Below are positions 57,063 to 64,000 of a stretch of DNA of 64,000 nucleotides, one piece after another (within the stretch, counting starts at the first letter, position 1; each line of letters opens with the position of its first letter). The DNA lies in assembly GCA_041690215.1 (NCBI GenBank), contig JAWLHQ010000008.1, positions 4,170-68,169 of the forward strand. The letters run 5' to 3'. This stretch comes from Rhodothermales bacterium (GTDB lineage Bacteria; Bacteroidota; Rhodothermia; Rhodothermales; DASSAV01). A program made the position numbers and the translations under genes. The notes under the pieces were generated by a model, which had not been told where the DNA came from, ran no database searches, and saw nothing but the letters and a program-made list of their open reading frames with translations.

Positions 57063-58973
57063 CTACGATCCCCAGTACTGCCGGAGCCACATTTCCAGTG
57101 TAAGCGCCCACCAAAAGAACGGATGTTCCGTTTCCCCCCGGCATATTGCCTCGAAATGATCGCGTAGCACCTCCTCTCGCACAAAGCCTCTCCGGCTGGC
57201 CTCCATGTTCGTCGTCAAGTCGAGTACGGTATCTTTCTCCTTCTTCGTAATCGCCCATTCGTAGAGTGGATATGGAATGATTTTCGTCACAGCCTGCCGC
57301 ACCTCCTCAGGCATGATGCCTCGCATCGCCTGCCGAGCCAGACGCTTATCCTCGCCCGTCCGATTCAACACACGCTGCGGAACAGCTACGGCAAAGGAGA
57401 CGATACGACGGTCACTCCATGGATCGGCAAATCCGATCCCGTAGCGCGCCTGGGTCCGCTCCGACCATACTACTCCGCGCATGTGCATAGAGACGAAAAC
57501 CGCTTGATATCGCTGCTGACGGGCGAATGTCCGCAGGTCTACCGGGTGCTCGTTCCTCCGCATGGATTCGATAAGTCCGCTACGCTTAACGAACTCGGGA
57601 TGGACCCACGTAGGAATGGGCGACGGGAAAGACCGTAGTCTTCGGTGAACCTGCCGAATCCAGCCTGCCCTCGTCCTACCCCGGATCCAGGCGTGATAGG
57701 TTTTCGCCAGCTGTCTGCGAACCTCACGCCGAAACGGCTCGCCTCGCCACTGGCTCACAAGTCGCAATTCGTCCCGGAGCGTTGCCCACTCTCCGGCCAC
57801 TGCAAGTCCTACATAATCATAGTTCGCCATGCCCATCGTAAGGTCTCCTCGATCTCCAGAGAGCATGAGCCCGATCCCCCGGGATCGGGCATCAGCGAGC
57901 GACTCCTCAACGAGCGCCTGATACGTCCCGATGTAAGGCTCGTCCGAATCGGGGCCGTATGCGGGGTAGTCTTTCAGCGGCCATGCTGCGTCGACCGAGA
58001 TGTCGTGCTGCGGAAACCGGTAGTGCTGCACGATGCCGTTACTGATGTGCCGCTCGTCACATTCGGGGAAGGATTCGAATGCAAAGGAATAGGCATGTAT
58101 CTCCGGAAAACGATTTTCCGGCTGACTACCCTTCCACCACCCTGCCATGGATGCGAGGCTGCCCGAATCCATCCCTCCACTCAGGAAGATGCCTACCGGC
58201 CTGGTACTTCGCAGCCGACACCGAACGGCTTCCTTGAACAGCTCCAGGAAGTGCTCTACATATTCCTCCTCATCTTGGTACCGAATCTCATGCTCCAGAT
58301 CGATGTCCCAGTACCGCCAAGTCCTCACCCCGTCTGCGTCGACTCGCAGAGCGTGACCGGGAGGTAACTGGTTGACACCCTCATAGAATGTCCAGGTAAG
58401 TTCATCGAAATGCCCTGCGAGATAGGCGGCAACGTACGGTTCGAAAATCCTACGCGGCACCTTTGGCGCTGCCAGGATCTGCTTCACCTCGGTAGCGAAG
58501 AGAAAGCGGTCGGACTCTTGCCGGTAGTAGATTGCCCGCATAGCCATCGGGTCCCGCGCGGCAAAAAGACAGTGTTCCTGCACATCCCAGAGCGCAAAGG
58601 CAAAGTCGCCGATGATATGCGCCGCACACTCAGTCCCCCAGTGCTGATACGCCGCCAGAATCAGTTCGGCATCAGACGGTGCATCGTCCTTGAGCAGCCC
58701 CTTCGCTGAAAGTGCGTGGATCAGCTCATCACGGTTATCCACGCGCGCATCGGCAGTGAGCACCAGCCCCCCATCTCGGCTCACGAGAGGCTGACACTCT
58801 CCTATGGATTCCGGCACAAGGTTGTACGCGAGGTGCCCCATGCCGACTTGGCCAGATGTCCAGACCTGCATGCCATCATGCCCGCGGTGCGCAGCTGCTT
58901 CTGCCATCCGGCGAATCACGGCCGGATCTACAGGCCGCCCGTCACGATGGAATACACCGCAGATACCGCTCAT
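57063..58973 (-). CDS. Lasso peptide isopeptide-bond-forming cyclase (asparagine synthetase-like)
   Basis: AsnB-like fold with FLSGGMDSGS ATP-PPase loop; starts MSGICG, lacking the catalytic Cys1 of true AsnB; adjacent to a lasso precursor. Confidence 0.88.
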   Translation of the reverse strand: MSGICGVFHRDGRPVDPAVIRRMAEAAAHRGHDGMQVWTSGQVGMGHLAYNLVPESIGECQPLVSRDGGLVLTADARVDNRDELIHALSAKGLLKDDAPSDAELILAAYQHWGTECAAHIIGDFAFALWDVQEHCLFAARDPMAMRAIYYRQESDRFLFATEVKQILAAPKVPRRIFEPYVAAYLAGHFDELTWTFYEGVNQLPPGHALRVDADGVRTWRYWDIDLEHEIRYQDEEEYVEHFLELFKEAVRCRLRSTRPVGIFLSGGMDSGSLASMAGWWKGSQPENRFPEIHAYSFAFESFPECDERHISNGIVQHYRFPQHDISVDAAWPLKDYPAYGPDSDEPYIGTYQALVEESLADARSRGIGLMLSGDRGDLTMGMANYDYVGLAVAGEWATLRDELRLVSQWRGEPFRREVRRQLAKTYHAWIRGRTRAGWIRQVHRRLRSFPSPIPTWVHPEFVKRSGLIESMRRNEHPVDLRTFARQQRYQAVFVSMHMRGVVWSERTQARYGIGFADPWSDRRIVSFAVAVPQRVLNRTGEDKRLARQAMRGIMPEEVRQAVTKIIPYPLYEWAITKKEKDTVLDLTTNMEASRRGFVREEVLRDHFEAICRGETEHPFFWWALTLEMWLRQYWGS

Positions 58974-59545
58974 GACGACATCACTTCTCGATGCGTCCAG
59001 GGCTCGAAGCTTTTTGCCTCATAGCGTCCACATAGCAAAGCGAGGCGTTTGACATCGAGGAGCAGCTTCGCGTGATCATGGTGAAAGGCAGTGAGTCCGT
59101 GCTCCTCAGTCTGCTTGACAGCAAAACGTCTCACCTGGTCCCACAACTGAACCGAATCGTCTCGCCCTCCTAGATATCGGTAGATGGACTCAATCAGAGC
59201 CTGCGTCTGCCTGACAGTTTCCATGCATTCATCGAATTCGAGCGCTCCCTCCCGCAACTGTTTTAATAGATCACAGGCATACGCACCACAAACCCGCGGT
59301 CTATCAGGAAAGATGGAGCATTTATATTGCTTTTCATCGAAACGTGGACAGGGCAGTGAAAACGCGTCGTACTCGTAGCCTTTCTGCACGACAGGGAGCT
59401 GCATGCTCAACGCGAATTCGACTTCGTCAGGATCAAGTCCCGCATGGCTGTGAAGTACGCCATGACAGCAGAGTCCGCAGGAAAGGCATAATTCCATTGC
59501 TTTCGTAGCCAGCTCTTCTGCAGGGCTTGTGATTGTGTTCTCCAT
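58970..59545 (-). CDS. YkgJ family cysteine-cluster protein (CxxCxxCC)
   Basis: CLSCGLCCHG...CPRF...CSIFPDRPRVCGAYAC; stop overlaps the cyclase start; ATG 59545 preferred (ORF open from 59590). Confidence 0.85.
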   Translation of the reverse strand: MENTITSPAEELATKAMELCLSCGLCCHGVLHSHAGLDPDEVEFALSMQLPVVQKGYEYDAFSLPCPRFDEKQYKCSIFPDRPRVCGAYACDLLKQLREGALEFDECMETVRQTQALIESIYRYLGGRDDSVQLWDQVRRFAVKQTEEHGLTAFHHDHAKLLLDVKRLALLCGRYEAKSFEPWTHREVMSS

Positions 59546-59710
59546 GGTGAACCTGTACGTAAAAGGTTGCGAGTACTCCCATGTCGGCATCTCCGGAAGA
59601 TATTGGAGAACCGGAGAATGAGAAGGTGCTCATGCCCGGCAGTTAGATGCGTCCTGAGCCTGGATGGACTTACATCGCTGATCTATGATGCCAACCGCCA
59701 AAACTACATA

Positions 59711-60889
59711 CTAGTCCTCCGGCACCCACGCGATGCTACGTTGTGCTCTTCTGGCAAGCGCGTACATAAAGTAACGAGTTTTCGTCAACACAGAATCCTG
59801 CACCGCCAGATGAAATCGGAAGCGCTCGTCAGGAGTCATGCGCTCTTCATGAGTCCTGACGAGCCACGTCATGAGTTGCCTTTCAAGCTCCTCGACCTTC
59901 GCATCGCGCATGGACCATCTCACAATGCCTGGAGGCAGGGGCGCATCCAGCAGCTTATGCGCCATATAGATACCAAGCCTGAGGATGCGCGTAGCACGCG
60001 TCCGCCGCGCCCGGTCAATCACCACATCCCAGTCTAGCCCCGGACTCGAACGAATGAGTTCCGCAACGTCGCAGTAGTGCTTCAGTACCTCCCACCGGTT
60101 CTTTACGCCATGAAAACACAGAATAAGAAGCATGTCTTCGGGAGAAAACGTGCGCAGGTTCATCCCGCCGACAGCCACAGTTACGGCACGGTCCATGAGG
60201 TCCTCAAACCTGAGATTATACCGGTATCCCGGCGGCATGATGCCTACGTGCAGGTCAAGAGCTACTAAACCGCGGGCGAAGGTGGACTGTCGCGAAAGCG
60301 CGCGATACAAGAATCTACTTACTCCCTCCAATTCTCCCGCACGTCCGACGAGTTGAAATCCCTCCCTCAACAATACTGCCTCGGTCTCCCTGTATTTGTT
60401 CGCAGGAATAAGTACATCAATATCACCACACGAACGAAGACCGAGACTCCTATAAGCCATCTGCGCGAGGACGGGACCCTTGAACGCAATGCCTGGAATT
60501 CCGTGGGAGTCTAAAGCGTTCAGAATCCGTGCTTGCTCTCCGGAGAGGGAAAGGTTCCGAACGGCCACATCTCTGCCTACTTGTCCAAGCTGAGGCGGCA
60601 GATCAACCTGGCTCCCGTTGAAACGGACCAGCGCAAGCGTCTTCGCAACCAGCGGAAGTACCCCATGAAATGAGGCCAGGCGCAATAAGCGCGGCCAATC
60701 CGTAACTTCTCGGACTAGTTCTCGAATGGTTTCAGCTCGGCCCTCACGCAGATCCGTCGTCGCAGAGGCCATGAGCAAATCCATATAGACTGACTGTCCT
60801 TTCATCGGAAAGTCGGTAAGATCTGCGCGAGCAGTTCGGAAGTAACTGATAGTTTCTCCGTGTAGTAGTACAGGGGGAGCGTTATCCAT
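59711..60889 (-). CDS. Nucleotidyltransferase family protein (NTP_transf_5 type)
   Basis: AFKGPVLAQMAY...RSCGDIDVLI, LDLHVGI, LILCFHGVK, RWEVLKHYCDVAELI. Confidence 0.9.
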   Translation of the reverse strand: MDNAPPVLLHGETISYFRTARADLTDFPMKGQSVYMDLLMASATTDLREGRAETIRELVREVTDWPRLLRLASFHGVLPLVAKTLALVRFNGSQVDLPPQLGQVGRDVAVRNLSLSGEQARILNALDSHGIPGIAFKGPVLAQMAYRSLGLRSCGDIDVLIPANKYRETEAVLLREGFQLVGRAGELEGVSRFLYRALSRQSTFARGLVALDLHVGIMPPGYRYNLRFEDLMDRAVTVAVGGMNLRTFSPEDMLLILCFHGVKNRWEVLKHYCDVAELIRSSPGLDWDVVIDRARRTRATRILRLGIYMAHKLLDAPLPPGIVRWSMRDAKVEELERQLMTWLVRTHEERMTPDERFRFHLAVQDSVLTKTRYFMYALARRAQRSIAWVPED

Positions 60890-61322
60890 ACAAGCTGTCT
60901 GAGCCCGGATGTGATGCGAGATACCCGGAGCAACTAGCGTTACTATTTTGAGCCTTTGTTGTAAGCATATCCGTATTGCGCGTCCTGCGCACTTATGGGA
61001 TGAAATGGCAACGATCCTCTCGATATATCGATGCCTATATCTGCTGACGAAGAATTATGAGAATGCAAACATGCTGACTATTAGATCCTAAGAGGAATAG
61101 GACAGCAGTATGGTATATAACCGGACACCAGGTCATAGCAAAGCGGCCCCCCGATAGCGCTCAATCAATGAAACTCACCTGATAACAACCACACCACCTC
61201 TGCTCGAGAATAGTCACTTCAGTTTATCTGTGGTCGTCTGCACTGGTGCAGTTCCTGAGCCCTTTGCGGGTGATGGCTAGCTACACACATGAATATCGGA
61301 GGGAATGCCAGTTAACTAAGCC

Positions 61323-62396
61323 CTATGGCAAGCTAATTTTGGCAACCAGTGGTCTGTGATCAGATGCTGTACTGCGGAGAATTCTCGCGTCCAGGATGCG
61401 CCAGTGTGGACTCACAAGCATATGATCTATCCGGACCAGTGGTACGACACTATGGTACGTTCCTCCCCAGCCGCTCCCAGCAACCTCAAAAACGTCCTGG
61501 TGACCGCGGCGCAGATGCCAGTACACCCACTGGTGTGGTGTGCTGTTGAAGTCGCCACATATGATATAGGGCAATTCTTCCTGTGATAGGATTTCTCGAA
61601 TCTGAGATGCCTCATCCGCGCGTATCAGAAAGTCTTTCCCATAGCTCAACATGTTGGCGAATAGCGTGCTCAGCCGTCCAATTTCGCCAGTAAGTGCGCT
61701 TGAATGACCATCCGGATTAAAAGAGCGTAGGTGCACGTTGTATATGGCCACCGCTTGTCCCTCCCAGCGCAGAACGGCTCGGGTAAGCACCTGACGTCGC
61801 TCGCCGCTAGAATCGATCGACCAGGATCTCAGTCCGGGCTCCACCCAGTCAAGCTTACTGAAAACCGGTAGTCGTGTCCCATCCTCCGTAGGATCTGACA
61901 TCCACCTGGCCGGCTCCCATCCTGCCTCTGCTACGAGCCGAGCCTGAGGTGACATGATCATGATCGGCGGATCCGCCGAATATCCCGTATACGTCTCCTG
62001 AAGACCAATAATGTCCGGGTGTGCTTCTTGGAAAGCCTTCAACAATGAAGCCTCACCGCGGCGTCCTTCCCTGAGCTTGACATTATTCGTGAGTACCCGC
62101 AGTACAGGCCTATCGCCGGCACTGGAGCGGAGTAATCGTTCTGTTGGAAAAAATCGGACCACTACCAGAACCACAGCAAGTAGATGTGCTAGCAGCAGCG
62201 CAGGATGCCGCCTGAAAGCAAGAACTACCGCACTAGCCACCACCACGAACATGCTCAAGACCGGCAACCCGACGGCTAAAACCTGCAGCCACCATCCATG
62301 CTTGGGGTGAACGTAGCGAGCAGCATATGCCGCGGTAAAAAGTAGGAGTAAACCGATGTCCACGGCGAGAAGCAAACCGCTCACGTAGCGACGCAT
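61323..62396 (-). CDS. Endonuclease/exonuclease/phosphatase family protein with N-terminal TM helices
   Basis: VLTNNV, DIIGLQE, YNVHL, ICGDFNSTP, RIDHMLVS, SDHRPL. Confidence 0.9.
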   Translation of the reverse strand: MRRYVSGLLLAVDIGLLLLFTAAYAARYVHPKHGWWLQVLAVGLPVLSMFVVVASAVVLAFRRHPALLLAHLLAVVLVVVRFFPTERLLRSSAGDRPVLRVLTNNVKLREGRRGEASLLKAFQEAHPDIIGLQETYTGYSADPPIMIMSPQARLVAEAGWEPARWMSDPTEDGTRLPVFSKLDWVEPGLRSWSIDSSGERRQVLTRAVLRWEGQAVAIYNVHLRSFNPDGHSSALTGEIGRLSTLFANMLSYGKDFLIRADEASQIREILSQEELPYIICGDFNSTPHQWVYWHLRRGHQDVFEVAGSGWGGTYHSVVPLVRIDHMLVSPHWRILDARILRSTASDHRPLVAKISLP

Positions 62397-62405
62397 ACTA
62401 TATGC

Positions 62406-64000
62406 CTACACGAGCGCAAGTGGATCATCGACATCGGCAGCGTTGGCCTCACGCATCTGAGCATGCCAGGATACTGCATACCGGCCGTTCAGCGCCAGTA
62501 GCTCCTGGTGTGTCCCCGATTCAACGATACGACCACGCTCCATAACGTGAATCACGTCCGCCTTCATAGCCGTCGTGAAGCGATGCGTAATGACGATCGC
62601 CGTACGCCCCCTCACGAGATCCTTGAAGCCCTGCATCCATTCTACCTCCGTCCACGAGTCCATGGCGCTCGTAGGCTCGTCGAGCACCACGATGGGCGCA
62701 CGTCGCAAGTACGCACGCGCGAGTGCTATACGTTGCCACTGCCCCCCACTCAGGTCCATACCCTCCGGAAAGAGGCGGCCAAGAATGGTATCGTATTGCT
62801 GTGGCAGGCTTTTGATAAACCCGTCTGCATTGGCTCTGCTAGCGGCTTCTACGACCGCATCCTCGCCAGCCGACCTGCTACCCAGCGCGATATTTTCATA
62901 GGCTGTCGCCTGGTAGCGAACAGGTGTCTGCAGCATGTACGAGACCTTGCTCAGCAAGTCTCGCTTAGAGAAGCTGCGTACATCGATTCCATCAATGAGC
63001 ACGCGTCCCTGGTCCGGATCGTAGAATCGGCACAGGAGCTTCGTCAGCGTGCTCTTTCCGGCACCGTTGGACCCTACGATGGCCACGATTTTGCCTGCCG
63101 GGATCTCGAGATTGAAGTTCTCGAGAGCAGGCCGCTTACCCTCCGGGTACGTAAAGGTCACATTCTCGAATCGGATGCCGCGCGAGAGTCTGGATGGCAC
63201 AGGCAAGGGCTGCTCAGGCTCATCCAACGCCGGTACGATTGCCAGAAAGGCATAAAGATGCTCCAGGAAGAGCGTGTTTGCGTAGATCTGCCCCATGCTA
63301 CCGAGTAAGGACCGCATCAAGGATTGCCCCTGGTTGATAGCCTGGTAAAACGAGGCGATGTCGCCCAAGGTCGCCAATCCTTGAAACGCGCGCCACGCCA
63401 TCCAACCGAGTACCGCCGCGGTAGCCACGAGCCCGTGAAGCGCAGCGATGATTGAAGCGACGGATTGTTTCTTCGTTAACTCCAGGCTCTCCGTGCGCAG
63501 TCGCCTCCGCGTCTTTCGGTACTCCTGCATGAAGTACTGACCAAGGTCATAGAGCCGCATCTCAGCCGCAAATCGTGGCTCGATGAACAGAACATCGAGG
63601 TAATGGGCCCAGCGACGATCCTTTGTCGTCCGTTTCCACCATGCGTGATAGCGACGATTATGGCGGACGACGACATAAAGCGCCGGCAGGGTGCCTAGAC
63701 CGAGCAGTAGTGGAAGCCAGAGGCTATACGACGCGAGAATGGCTGCCATGGAAAGGAAAGCAATGCCGTTCTGCACGAGCGTCCCGAGGTTTTGCTGAAG
63801 TGCCAGCGTCCGGGTACTTGCCTGGCTACTTGCTTCCTGAAGCTTATCGAAAAACTCGGGGGACTCATAAAAGCCGTAATCGACCTCGATCGACTTCCGG
63901 TGAATGAGCGCCTTCACCTCGTCCTGTACGAGTTCGGCTTGAGCCGCCTGGATCCAGGTCTGCAGGCTCTGCAAGACATACTGCGCCAGGATCAGTAACG
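62406..64000 (-). CDS. ABC transporter permease/ATP-binding protein (5' end outside window)
   Basis: GSNGAGKST, LSGGQWQRIALAR, LDEPTSAMD; frame stays open to the window edge. Confidence 0.92.
   Translation of the reverse strand, partial: LLILAQYVLQSLQTWIQAAQAELVQDEVKALIHRKSIEVDYGFYESPEFFDKLQEASSQASTRTLALQQNLGTLVQNGIAFLSMAAILASYSLWLPLLLGLGTLPALYVVVRHNRRYHAWWKRTTKDRRWAHYLDVLFIEPRFAAEMRLYDLGQYFMQEYRKTRRRLRTESLELTKKQSVASIIAALHGLVATAAVLGWMAWRAFQGLATLGDIASFYQAINQGQSLMRSLLGSMGQIYANTLFLEHLYAFLAIVPALDEPEQPLPVPSRLSRGIRFENVTFTYPEGKRPALENFNLEIPAGKIVAIVGSNGAGKSTLTKLLCRFYDPDQGRVLIDGIDVRSFSKRDLLSKVSYMLQTPVRYQATAYENIALGSRSAGEDAVVEAASRANADGFIKSLPQQYDTILGRLFPEGMDLSGGQWQRIALARAYLRRAPIVVLDEPTSAMDSWTEVEWMQGFKDLVRGRTAIVITHRFTTAMKADVIHVMERGRIVESGTHQELLALNGRYAVSWHAQMREANAADVDDPLALV

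Noticed and set aside
57063-58973. Housekeeping asparagine synthetase AsnB
   Set aside because: Lacks catalytic Cys1 (MSGICG) and sits beside a lasso precursor, kinase and NTase.
1-64000. rRNA, tRNA, IS elements, integrases
   Set aside because: No such signatures seen by eye; a covariance-model scan would be needed to exclude small RNAs.

Overview
Bacterial genomic window, mostly GC-rich, with four blocks. (1) 884-26069 (+): a ~25-kb co-oriented operon for a headless contractile injection system (eCIS/tailocin-like). It encodes sheath, one tube, hub, spike, PAAR, gp25, baseplate J, two HxH-motif fibre-like proteins, two orphan proteins and a 2085-aa protein with an N-terminal mini-RHS cassette and a HExxH-containing cargo. 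A convergent Xre-RES toxin-antitoxin pair follows. (2) 27272-41684: a mosaic of exported enzymes (FG-GAP propeller, Tat-signal hydrolase and FAD oxidoreductase, PEGA protein) and many small proteins (tandem RHH paralogues, two solo receivers, a HisKA-only protein, two small paralogue families). (3) 42341-48051: SLC13 permease-cysD-cysNC and a LuxR-type response regulator. (4) 49259-64000: a RiPP region with two converging units. The + unit is a twin-arginine-leader precursor with GSKDYG tandem repeats, an RRE and an HPr-kinase-like kinase. The - unit is a paeninodin-like lasso peptide cluster: ABC, EEP phosphatase, nucleotidyltransferase, YkgJ Cys-cluster protein, lasso cyclase, a 48-aa precursor missed by the ORF track, a phosphoribosyltransferase-RRE fusion, a kinase and a second ABC; it is cut by the window edge. 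The best novelty candidates are the PRTase-RRE lasso system, the GSKDYG repeat precursor and the atypical CIS with its inverted RHS protein. I saw no rRNA, tRNA, CRISPR array, integrase or transposase. All family calls come from motif recognition by eye, not database searches.
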